IMG/VR virus record: IMGVR_UViG_3300021399_000008
Coordinates: 32,001-96,000 of that record
Strand: one strand, 5' to 3'
DNA length: 64,000 nt
From: a virus
Taxonomy: Duplodnaviria > Caudoviricetes
Part shown: in pieces, positions 18,801 through 30,361 of the stretch
How positions within the stretch are numbered: the first letter of the stretch is position 1
How the letters are laid out: every line of letters begins with the position of its first letter
Notes under the pieces: generated by a model
What the model saw: the letters and a program-made list of their open reading frames with translations, nothing else
What the model was told of the DNA's origin: nothing
Database searches by the model: none
Made by a program: the position numbers and the translations under genes

Positions 18801-21800
18801 ACCGACGAAGAGTGGCGCGATTGGGCTGAGAACTATCAGAAGAACTTTATCGACTCAGCTGATCCTGACCTTGTAATCACAATGGTTGACTGCCACATTT
18901 AAAGGAGATAAAGAATGGACAAAGGAGGATGAAACCTGATGGATCAGGAACGTCTTAATCAGCTGGATTCGTATATTGGTATTGCGAACAACGTAGGGTT
19001 CAAGACATTAGAAGTAGATGTCGATCTTCTAAATGAAGCTGTGACTGAGCTTAAGAATAAGGTTCCGAGTACGCCTACATTCTGGCAGGGTAAAGCCTAC
19101 TGCGGTAAATGCGACAGCAGGATTCCAAAGAAACAGGTAATGAAATCACATTACTGTGCGAGTTGTGGCTGGCCTATTCAGTGGCCGAGTAAGAAGCCTG
19201 ATTATGGAGTAGGAAGGGATGCATAAAATGACTGAACTGAACCGAGTGATCTACGATATCGAACGGTGCACCTGTCACGTCCCTGATGCTTGCCGTGACT
19301 GCTCGAAATACAAGGGAGAGTACACGCCTGACTGCATGGAACAGTTGCTGACTGATGCGCTGAAACTGCTGAAAGAACAGCCTGAAATCGTTCATTGTAA
19401 AAACTGTAAATGGTTTAGCGAAAAAGGATTCTGCAAACACCCTGACGGTGGAGCTGGAAACATTCGGCCTGCAGATTGGTTCTGCGGTGATGGGAAAAGG
19501 CGGGAAGTGGAATGAAAGAGATCATCATAGAAGTGCCTGACAGATTTGGACAAGAGCTGAAACCTGAAAAAGTAAACAGTAAGATCAAAGGGGAACTTGT
19601 CCGGTGCGGAGACTGTAAACATTATAAGGACGGATTTTGCTACAACCCTAACACTTTTGATGCTGAAAAAATATGCGGAAATACTTCGCCAGACTGGTTC
19701 TGCGCTGATGGGAAAAGGCGGGAAGTGGATTGACAAATAAAGATGCTATCAAATGGCTTGGCAACCTAAGAAATGATCTGGGAAATCCGCATTATGAATG
19801 CCTTTGGCCTTACGCACAGGCACTTGATGAAATTGCTGAGATGCTGGAAGAACAGGAAACAGAACCGCAGATGGTACTATTTAGAGACGATGGCGAGTAT
19901 TGTCCGCATTGTTCGACGATTACAAGCAGAGCAATGGGAGTACAAAAACTGCATCGTGGCACAAGGTTTTGTCCGTACTGCGGAAAGGCTGTGACGTGGA
20001 ATGGTTGACAGAGGGAAAGTTATTAAAGAACTCATAAGATGCGATATTCCATATCCGTTACTATGCGATACCATTGCCTTGCTAACAGAGCAGGAACCTG
20101 TGAAGCCGATCAGATTAGAAAACTGGTGGAAATGTCCATATTGCAGTGGGAACATAGTTGCTAACATGAATTATTGTCCGAGATGTGGAAGGGCTGTGAA
20201 TTGGAATGAGTAATAAAGGCAGAGTAAAACAGGGACTGACGTGCTGTCAGGTTAGTCATAAACTGTATTGCGACAAGTGTCCGTATAAATATAAATACTC
20301 AACAGGAATTCTCGACTGTACAGCTGATCTGGCTGCGGATGCTTTAGAACTGATAAGAGAATACGAGAAGTACAGGTGGCAACCAGCAGAACAAAAGCCG
20401 AAAGAACCTGGGTGGTACTGGGTGTATGCTCCTACTTATCAAGGTGGATCGTCAACCTCTCGTGAACACCACGACGGAATCATGTTCGCGAAATGGAGCG
20501 GTACAGCCTGGAGTATAGAACGTGGCTACTACAACAGACCTGGCTGTGTGGAAGCATGGATGTTTCTTCCTAAGTCGCCAGTGAAGGAGAATATTAGATG
20601 AGCGAATGGATCAGCGTTAAGGACCAGATGCCATCAGATAATCAGATGGTAATCGGTTATACACCAGTTGATGGTCGTATGTTCGTAGGATTCTATAGAA
20701 CATTCCACTATTCACACATAGACAAACCTTTGGGTTATTGGTACATCGGGACGGCTATGCGATCCACAAAGCGTATGACAAAAAAAGTAACGCACTGGAT
20801 GTCATTGCCTAGTTCACCAAAGGAGGAGAACTAAGATAATGACCGATAAAGATCTTCTGAATGAGGATATGAAGAACAGGATCATAGAAGCTGCGCATAA
20901 AGCGATCAGCATGAGCCGTGAAGATTCAGATTGTGTTGATCGCACAGAAGTAGAAACCGAGGTTCTTCTTGGATTGTTGAAGATAGTAAGTATGCAGGAT
21001 GAGAACTCAGATGAATGGATCAGCGTTAAGGACCATCTTCCTCCGAGCCAGAAACATGTTCTGGCTGAGACAGACAAGTATGAATGCGTAGCCTTCTACG
21101 CTGAAAGATTCTCTGTCTCAGTCGGATACTATACTGACGATGAGATTGATTGTGAATACAACGAAGACTTGGACGAATACTTTCTGGCCGAAGGATGGTA
21201 CGAGGTTGTCCATAACTGGGAAGAATATTCAAGTATTACGATTGAAGACGAAGTGATTGGCTGGATGGATTTGCCACGAAGATCGAAGGAGTAAGTATGA
21301 TCTACTGGGATTACACGCTTAACTGGAAATATATCGTCGACAAAATGGAAGAGAAGTTTGGACTTAAACCAGACTCTACAGAGAAGCTTTCTATGGGTGA
21401 GATTGAGAGGAAGATCGAAGAGATCTGGGTAGAATATGTAGATATTTTGGATAAGAAATACACAGAAGCTGAGATTGTAGATTCTCTGGACAAGGAGATA
21501 GTGTGATGAATTCGCCATTGACCGCTGAAGAAGTAGACAAGGTAGCAAGACAGTACCTGTGGAAACGGCACTGGCTGGAGAGAAACACAGGCGAATAGTA
21601 TATTATCTAGATGGACATGATTGCTTATTCCAGCAGAGGTAAGAATCTGATCTATCGCTTTACAGATCCTGAGCTGAGTACCTTCAGTCAGGAATTTTTT
21701 ATGTGTCTGTTTTCAGAATACGGAGAGACATGGAGACTGTGGGATAACGAACCTACAGAAGAAGAAAGGAAAACTGCTGAGTGGAAGACAGCTTAAAGAT

Positions 21801-24449
21801 GTGTCCGTTATGTGGCGGCAACGCGGCTATAAGTTTCTGGCTGGAAGAAGATGTTTACAGCTACGCAGCCGGAAGAATTCGATGTTCTGAATGCTTCGTA
21901 ACACTGCAACGTCGGTTGGAGATTCAGTTCAACACGGAGAAGAATCCAGGTGAAACCTTTATGGATCTTGAGAAGGAACTGAAAACAACTTGGAACAGTC
22001 GCATTATGGAGGTAGCAAATGTCTGAAAGAACAGTAATCCCGCATCGGAATTATAAATACCTGTCCGACTACTGGTGTGAGTGCGGCTGGCATCTTGGAA
22101 AGAAAGGTTCAGTGAAATACTGCGCTGACTGCGGAAGGAAGATCGATTGGAATGATTATCGTTAAACGAGCCAAAGAAGGCATGCGGTGTAACTCGTGTT
22201 GTTCGGAGACTGGTGTCTACAATATAACGATGTTCCGATATACTGGCCAAGGCACGCAGATTTCGTTATGTGATGCTTGTATCGCAGACGTATACAAAGG
22301 GTATATTAAATGTAACAACGGCAACAACGAGGTAAAAGAGCTTGAACGAGATAAATAAAGCAGACGAAAAGGATGAACTCGATGAACTCGATGAACTCAT
22401 GACTGCTCTGGAGAATGCGGGTATTCTTTGCGGCTGGTCAAAGTTTATGGGTAGAACAGATGAGATAACGTGCAAAGACTGTCTTCTGAATCGTAACTGT
22501 CCTTGCGGATATTCAGCCGGGAACGCTGCTTGTCTGACTGTGAGGCAGCAACATCTGGACGAAACAATGATGGAGTTTGACGCTTACCATGACGAGATGG
22601 ACGGTATAGCTGAACAGTGCGAAATGGAGTCTTCACAGTGATTATAAAATATAAGCCAAACAAAATCACAGCGACTCTGCAAGCTGTTGTAGCCGGAGAG
22701 TTTCACGACGGTGCTACAGGAGAAACGGTTCGCCACTGTGTGGAGCAACAGTTAAGACATGCAGGGTTCGATGTTAATGTAAAACTAAAACATTACACCA
22801 GAGATCGCATTTCGATAGAAGAAACAAAGATTACAGCAGGTTTGCAGTTAAGAGTTACTGGAGAGTTTTACGATGACGAAGCATCAGAAGAAACACTTCG
22901 CTACTGTGTTGAACAGGATCTGGAAGACGCTGGGTTCTACGCTTATGTAAACGTTATAAGGAATTAAAAACATGGAAAAGCAGGAGAAGGTTTGGACAAA
23001 ACCGGAAATCGTTGAACTGATACAAACCAATGATCGTGTATTATATAAAGCATTGAAAACGCTTTATAACGAACAAAGCGAATCTGAACAAGAAGATAGT
23101 GAGACTATCGAAAGTAATGGCTCTGGATTCAATAAGATAGATGCTGAGTTTATGTCAGGCATCGTTAAGTTTCTAGACAAAAGAGGATTTCTAACAGATA
23201 AACAAAAAGAAGTTACTCGCAAGAAACTAGTTAAATATGCCGGGCAGCTTACAAGGTTGGCGAACCATCAACCAGCATATGAACCGCCGCAACCGAGAGT
23301 TCCAAAAGAAAAACCGAAAAAGAAACAGGTTGTAAACAAAGAAGTAAAATGCAGAGGTTGTCTGTTCAACTGTAGGTGTGCTTATGTTAATTCAGCTGGA
23401 AGTACAGGGTGCGTTTTAACTAGACAACACATGGATGGCGAAAGGGATTGGGTAATCGAAAAACATTTTCCTGATCTTGTTAAAACTGAGAGCGACAAAG
23501 CACCATGTCCGTTGTGCGGTGGTGTGCCGTCTGTTCAAGAACAAGAAATATATTTCGGTAGACCGGATCATAAATGGAGTTGCATACGGCATTATCTAAG
23601 GAATATCGTTTGCACAAAGTGCGGACTTCAGACAAGAAAGTTGTTATACAACACAGAATACGATGACTCGGATACTGTTTGTTCTCTGGGTCGTTACGCA
23701 TCAGATTCTGAAGTATGGGAAGACTGGGATAAGATAACCACAACATTTCGCATAGCGGAAGCTTTCGAATCTCTTTTAGATAAACAAGATGGGAGAACTG
23801 GCGATGATTGCGAACATACCGACTGAAGTAGTCCCTGTGTGGTATATAGAGAAGTGGGCGAAAAATAATTCTGAGGATGGATCTATTCTCAGCAACTGGA
23901 TAAAACGGCTGCTGAAAGACTGGCAGGAGTCTAAGGATAATCTGAGTGGAGGACATAATGACAGGACAGGAACTGATTAATTGGATCGTAGAACACAACG
24001 CTCAGGATATGCAGTGTGTGGTGCAGTACCGTGACGACAGCAACGCTTACTTGGAGCCGTTGAGCAGGTGGAATGAAGGCAGCATATCCAAACCCCCGGT
24101 GCTCGCTTCATATAAGGCTTACGACGCACCGTATGATAACGAGGTTGAAATCAAGTTCGAAATAGATAAACCGATCTGTTTCGATCCTCTCTGTTTTGTC
24201 CTTTGAGAATAGGTGATGAAAATGACAGGACTTGAACTGATTAAATGGATCATAAAACACGACGCTGAGGATAAGGAAATCATTATTGAACACAGAGACA
24301 GCGGCGGTTCGTACCGCACAGCAGAACGACTTGGCGAGTTCTCTGATCCTGCTTTTGTAATGTTTTCTGACGAAGGGTACGGAGTCATATCAAAGCTAGA
24401 ATACGAGTACGATGTGAAAGACTTTAAGCCAAACGGCGTTGTACTTTAA
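15850..24449 (+). other. Dense array of about 30 small hypothetical ORFs: many Cys-rich Zn ribbons, DUF551-like proteins (20598, 20839), a Lar-like protein (21781-22026) and a conserved phage protein (18177-18902)
   Basis: Overlapping start/stop (ATGA) coupling, RBSs, CxxC pairs, WISVKD..P motif and LKMCPLCGG motif. Confidence 0.7.
21506..21796 (+). CDS. Hypothetical protein with two in-frame TAGs (21596, 21608)
   Basis: ATG coupled to the upstream TGA; NTGE*YII*MDMIAY is in frame with the ORF at 21611; C-terminal YGETWRLW..EPTEEER motif. Confidence 0.7.
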
Positions 24450-24464
24450 CTGGGAGACTGAATA

Positions 24465-25436
24465 ATGCTTAATGTTGTATATACACATACAGGAAAAATA
24501 TTTGTAGACACAGAGAAACGACTGGAGTTTTTAACAGTAGGCGACTACGGGAAAGAGAATAATATAAAAGCAGATTTTCTTGGATTCACAAAGGAAATTA
24601 ATGGCGTTGCAAATACAGCGGTTGACTTAAGGAAAAAGTGGGTTGCAACGATCAGCACCCAACATGGATGTCCTATGAAGTGTCGGTTCTGCGACTGTCC
24701 GAAGTTTGGATATTACGGAAACGTGACACAGGATCTCCTTAAATACCAAATTGAAACAATCCTCCAGTCAGAAACATTGGACACTACAGATAGATTCAAC
24801 GTTCATTACGCAAGAATGGGAGAGCCGACATTTAACCAGAACGTTCTTAAATTTTCTGAAGATCAGTTAAGACAGGTGGTCGGCACTTATATCAGCGCAA
24901 AAACCATACATCCGGTTGTTTCCACGATGCTTCCAAAATCAAACAAAAACTTAGCCGCATTTCTTTTCGACTGGTGTAATATCAAAAACAATATATACAA
25001 AGGAGAAGCAGGTCTTCAGCTTTCTATTAACTCTACTAATGATAAACAGCGGTCATGGCAGTTTAATGATATGTCTATGGATCTGCGTGACATTGCGGCT
25101 CTTGCTGAAAAACTTCCTGATCCAGTTGGGAGGAAATATACACTTAACTTTGCGGTGACAAAAGATACAATTCTTGATGCAGAGAAATTATCAGCACTGT
25201 TTGATACGAATAAGTTTATAGTAAAGATTACGCCGATTCATCAGACAAACGCTGCGCTTACAAACAACTTTGATGTAACGACTTCCTATGCAGATTATGA
25301 TGTATATCGGGATTTTGAACAGCCTCTGCTGGACTGCGGCTGGGATGTGATTGTATTCGTTCCTAGCGTGGAAGAAGATAGCGACAGAATTACCTGCGGT
25401 AACGCACTGATTTCCGACGCAAATAAATCGGAGTAA
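24465..25436 (+). CDS. Radical SAM enzyme, RlmN/Cfr-like
   Basis: ISTQHGCPMKCRFC (CxxxCxxC), RMGEP, LQLSINS and C-terminal ITCGNAL (compare AACGQL). Confidence 0.75.
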   Translation: MLNVVYTHTGKIFVDTEKRLEFLTVGDYGKENNIKADFLGFTKEINGVANTAVDLRKKWVATISTQHGCPMKCRFCDCPKFGYYGNVTQDLLKYQIETILQSETLDTTDRFNVHYARMGEPTFNQNVLKFSEDQLRQVVGTYISAKTIHPVVSTMLPKSNKNLAAFLFDWCNIKNNIYKGEAGLQLSINSTNDKQRSWQFNDMSMDLRDIAALAEKLPDPVGRKYTLNFAVTKDTILDAEKLSALFDTNKFIVKITPIHQTNAALTNNFDVTTSYADYDVYRDFEQPLLDCGWDVIVFVPSVEEDSDRITCGNALISDANKSE

Positions 25437-25438
25437 AA

Positions 25439-27450
25439 ATGAAAATAACGATAGAAATTCCACCTGAATACGAGAGTGAATTTGAAAAAGACAAATTCGA
25501 AAATACGCTCCAACGAATGAAAGCCGATGCACATTGTTTAGCAGGAAACTATGAGAAAGAAACTATAAACATGCTGATAGAAGCATTTAAGAACGCAAAG
25601 TCAGTGAGTTAAATAGGAGTTTAACATGTATATATTTGTAATACTTGCCGTTTTTGATTCGGTGATTATATGTCGCGCGATTATCAATATCGAAATTGAG
25701 ATTGAGAGAATCAGGAAATGTTTAGAAGATCACAAATGACAAAAATTGGAGGATAAAACATGACGGTCAAAGATGCAATGGACACGATTAAAGCTGCGAA
25801 AGTATACTCCAAATTTCTGTGTCAACTGGCTGACAAAGAACAGGACGAGCATTTTAAAGACTACTTAGAAGAATCATCCGAATTGCTTGAAGAATATGTG
25901 GGTGTGCTTGAACAAATGAAGGTGCAGGGGACTTAAATAGGAGTTTATAATGATTGTTATAGGCAAACGTGCGTACGGCACGGATCGGTTCAGATGGTTT
26001 TATCACCCGTTGTTGCCGCAGAACGAAAAGGAATTCTTTCATTTCTTTGTCTGGTTCGGCAAGAATTGGTATATATGTTGGCATAAGAAAGGTAAATAAC
26101 CATTTGAAAAAGGTTGGGCTTAATCCATGATTGAAAAGTTTCACATAGATGGCGGCGTCAACGATTATGCTACGATCCAAGAACCTGATAAGCACGAGGA
26201 TGAACGCAAGCAGTTGATCAATGAAGGATATCAACTTTGGAGCAGATATGTTAAAGACGGTAAGCAAGAAGAGCTGTGGGTTAAATAACCATTTAAGACT
26301 GGAGGAATAAAATGTCTTTTGCAGATGCTGTTTTAGCTATGAAACAGGGAAAGAGAGTGCGTCTGCCGTGGTGGGGAGGATACTGGTACATCGCAAACAA
26401 CACACTCAGAATACATTGTGCAGACGATGACGACTTTAATGCATTTAGCAGAGAAAACACAGAACCGCTTTACACTTTGTCATTTATGACTGCAAACTGT
26501 TGGGAGTTAGTCCAGGATTAAATAACCCGAGGTGGGATCAATGCACAAATATATTCGTAGTATTCTTAGGTTTACCATTCGACACAAAAAGATCGATCAG
26601 ATTTTCAGCAAATGGCAGTGGTTTAGGATTCTGTGCTACGAGGAAGCGCAAGCGGTTATTGGAAATAGGCCGTGGATGTAATTTAAATAACACTGTTACA
26701 AGGAGAAAATGAAATGTACGTCAGAGATTTGAACGGCGGAAAACCAATTGTATTCAAAACTGTGGTTAGTTATTGTCCTCCAGATTGCGGAGGTGCGGAC
26801 GAAGATGAAATTGATTATGAGGCGTTTTGCCCGGTTTGCGATCGTAGATTCGATGATTTAGATCACGACAAGTTTTGTAGAGAGTGTGGCACAAAATTGT
26901 ACTGGCCTGCCAAATGGCCAATAATTAAGAAAATCGATAATTAAATAACTCTTTAATTTTCTGACATATGCCGGATGCCATAGGGCGGCGTAGTGGTGAC
27001 TTTCGGTGGCTCGGTTCGACTCCGGGGCTGTCCGTGGTTTTAACTTATGTCAGTAAACCGAACCTTAAATAGGAGCTTATAATATGAAAGCAATTATAAC
27101 ATTTAACGCCCATCTTGAAATTGATATTGATGACAAATCGCGGGATGAAATAGTTTCAGAGGACGTGCAAATCGTACAGATGAAACATCTGCTAATGGAA
27201 GAATGCGGTTGCGAGCACGTTGAAATAAGCGAGTATCATATGGAACTTAAATAACCCATTAAATAAAGGTAGGCGGCGAAGCGAAATGAAAATAAGAGTA
27301 TGGGCGCATACGGATGTAGTCGGGAGTATGACCGAAGACGTTATAGAAGTTGAAGACGGTTTAACTGAAGAACAAATTGACGAAGAGGCAAGAGATTATA
27401 TTTTCAATTTTGTCGAATGGGGATGGGAAACAGAGCAAGATGATTAACAG
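25439..27450 (+). repeat. Array of tiny ORFs bounded by a recurring TTAAATA(G/A) motif
   Basis: Motif at 25609, 25933, 26093, 26281, 26518, 26683, 26941, 27065, 27247 and 27259. Confidence 0.6.
26312..26521 (+). CDS. DUF2829/Tad2-like protein
   Basis: MSFADAVLAMKQGKRVRLPWWGGYW...NCWELV. Confidence 0.65.
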   Translation: MSFADAVLAMKQGKRVRLPWWGGYWYIANNTLRIHCADDDDFNAFSRENTEPLYTLSFMTANCWELVQD

Positions 27451-27484
27451 AGACGAGATTAAAACTATAACGGAGTGATTGTGA

Positions 27485-27700
27485 ATGACATTCGCAGAAG
27501 CGTACCGTGAGATGCGTAACGGAAAGTGTATTGCCCACGAAGAATTTGACGGAGACTATTGGACATGGGAAAACAATACCGTGATGTTCAACAGCAATAC
27601 TGGTCTTCGTTATCCTATACAGGGTGCGCCTGATATTGGCCGTGTCTTTGATTGTATCGTAGAAGATAAATGGAACGTAGTTTATCCTGAATTCGAATAA
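27485..27700 (+). CDS. DUF2829/Tad2-like protein
   Basis: MTFAEAYREMRNGKCI...DKWNVV. Confidence 0.55.
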   Translation: MTFAEAYREMRNGKCIAHEEFDGDYWTWENNTVMFNSNTGLRYPIQGAPDIGRVFDCIVEDKWNVVYPEFE

Positions 27701-27909
27701 GTCTGAGTAAAAGAGTAGAAGGAGATTAAGGTTATGACGATTAATGAACTGGTTGAGATCCTTGGACGTTTCGATGGAATGACTGAAGTGTGTGTGACTG
27801 TTGACAGGAAGCATAAAGGTATTAAAGGTATCAGCAATATTAAGAAGCTGACGAATGAAGACGGTGTTGTAACTGAAGAGAACCAGGTACAGATTAAGCT
27901 GAGGTAAAT

Positions 27910-30287
27910 ATGAGACCAGTAGATTGTGACGCTTTGGTCACATTCCTGCGCAACATGGCAGGGTGCGATACATGTGACAATTACGATAGAATAAAATGCA
28001 GGGCCTGCCCGTGGGATGACGCGATTACTGCTGTAGATGACTTCGGCGACAACCATCCTCTTGGCTTTGGACGCTGGAAGAAAGAACTCGGAGGCGCTAG
28101 TCCAGGTGGAACTCCTACTTATGTCTGCTGTTCCTGTGGTGGATCAGAGCATTTGTATGGAGCAGAATACCCAAAGAAGAGGCTGATCTGTAAACAGTGC
28201 GGATCGATTAACGTATACCCGTGGGAGAAAGTGGAGATAGAATAATGGTTGTATATTCAGTTACGCTGACGAGTCCCAGTGGAACCCGTGCCGCAGACAG
28301 CGACGGAAACTACGCTGAGACTTTGTACACCACGAGAGAGATAGCGCAGAAGAAAGCTGATATCTTAAACACATTAGGCGATTACAACCTTTGGCGCTGG
28401 GGCGTCGAGGAAAAGAATATCAGGGACTCCGTAGAATCGCTCTGGTTCTACGGAGAATATTATCCTTATTCAGGTAAGCTGGAGATATATGAAGGCTGCG
28501 CGTACGAGGATATACCTGAGGTAAGAAGAGATTATCCTGATATTGTGTACGGAGAATTGGCTAAGAACCCGTCTTATATAGTGTATGAGTTCGTTATGCC
28601 GTACGATGAGTCATTGAGAACTTGGGAAGATGTAGCAGCCTGTGTCCGCAGCAGATATGAGCTGATCACGAAAGAGTTTAAGCGCACAAAAGGTGAACTC
28701 GGAGAAGTGATCTATACTGAGAAGAAACGGAAGAAGAAAAAGGATGAGTAACTGGAGAGACAATCCGATTACCGAGAAGCAGGTTGAATATATAAGGCAG
28801 ATGCAGCTGGACGCAGAGATGAATGGCGCGATACCTTTGCCTCCGTTCAGAGGAAGTACCAGAGGAGAAGCCAGTGATTACATCGACGCGAATAAAGGCA
28901 GGCAATACGAAGCCTTCGATTACTACGGCCATGGCGATAACTATGGAGACAGAGTATGAGTAACTATAAATATATATGGGACGAGCTGAAGGAAACAATC
29001 CATGAACTGCATGAAGCAAACACAGACAAGCCTGATGTCGAGAACGTGACACGGTTTCTTGAGAACTTGATGAATGTCAAGGAGAAGAAGAATACCGATA
29101 TCAGGGACTGTGCAGCTATGTGGTGCGACGATATCAGTTTCTGCGGAGAAGAGTGTGATTGGCTCGACTGCCCCAGGAACAGTAAGAACATTCGAGATAA
29201 GACAGTACCGCACTCTTATATCGTTGGAACACCTGACGATTGTCCGAAGAAACTGGAAGGAGCAGTATCAGCTGTATGAGCAAACAGAGCAAACAGAACA
29301 AACAGACTGAATACCACGTCGGAGCTTCGGATATCAGCGGGCTTGTCTATATAGGCAGAGCTACAAAAGAAGACGGAGTTTTCTGGTGGAAGGATAAAAG
29401 CGAAGGAACCAGTGAAGCTATTAACGCTGTGATGGGCCATATGCTGCACAAGATAAAACCAGGAGAGAATTCGACAGCTTATATGAATACAACTCGTGAC
29501 GGCAGGTATCTGAGGTTGACACTGGAAGTAACTGATAAGAAACCTGCGTGGCTGGAGGAAGAGGATGACCTGTAATCGAGACTGTGCGCACTGCTGTTAC
29601 TCTCAGCTGATTAAACAGAGTGGATACTGTTCGAGTCCTGGATAGACCTGTAATGGAAACTGTTCCAGCTGCCAGCACTATGTTGTACTGAGATGGAAAT
29701 GGAGATGCGGAAGAGTATGACAGGACGAGAGTTTATTAAATGGATTCTGGATAATCAGGTAGAGGATTGTCCTATCGAGATTGTATATAGAACTCCTGAT
29801 GGAAAATTCTTCCCTGAGACTGATAAGTATTTTGTTCTGGATATCGATGAGAAAGGGAAGGATGAGTTCGGCTGGAACTACAGGAGGATACTGTTGTGAC
29901 GTTTGTGAACTTTAACTTCAAAGGATACGTAGATCCGTGGCTTGTGAATGTCAGCCTGGTTACTGACATTATGTATGACAAAAGTAACAACCAAACGATT
30001 ATCTACTTCCTGTCAGAACCGGGGAGACGGACTGTTGAAGGAAACGTAGTCGACCATATTATAGAGAAGATGAAGAAAGCTGGAGTAAACGTAGTATGAA
30101 GTTTATAAGAATAGACCTGCATAACGATCCAGATCCGTGGTATGTGAACATGGATAAAGTAACAGATTTTTACTACAACAGCGGGACAAAGAAAACGTAT
30201 GTGACTATTGTAGGAGAGGAAAACGAGAGAGTATTCGATGGAAACATCACCACTCAGCTTCTGAATCCTTCACTTTTATGGAGCTGA
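27910..30287 (+). other. Further small hypothetical ORFs, including the paralogous pair 29896-30099 and 30096-30287
   Basis: Coupled ORFs; the pair shares DPW.VN...VTD..Y...GN. Confidence 0.6.
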
Positions 30288-30299
30288 GAGATTTGATAT

Positions 30300-30329
30300 T
30301 TGACATAACGGCTGGCAGTAGGATATGAT
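30300..30329 (+). promoter_or_regulatory. Sigma-A-type promoter for the integrase, overlapping a hairpin
   Basis: TTGACA-N18-TATGAT; the -10 lies in the loop of GCTGGCAGTAGGA/TCTTACTGTCAGC. Confidence 0.55.
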
Positions 30330-30361
30330 CTTACTGTCAGCTGTTCTTTTCGGAGGGTAAG

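Noticed and set aside
25439-27270. CRISPR array
   Set aside because: The motif is only 7-11 nt, spacing is 120-330 nt and mostly coding, and there are no cas genes.
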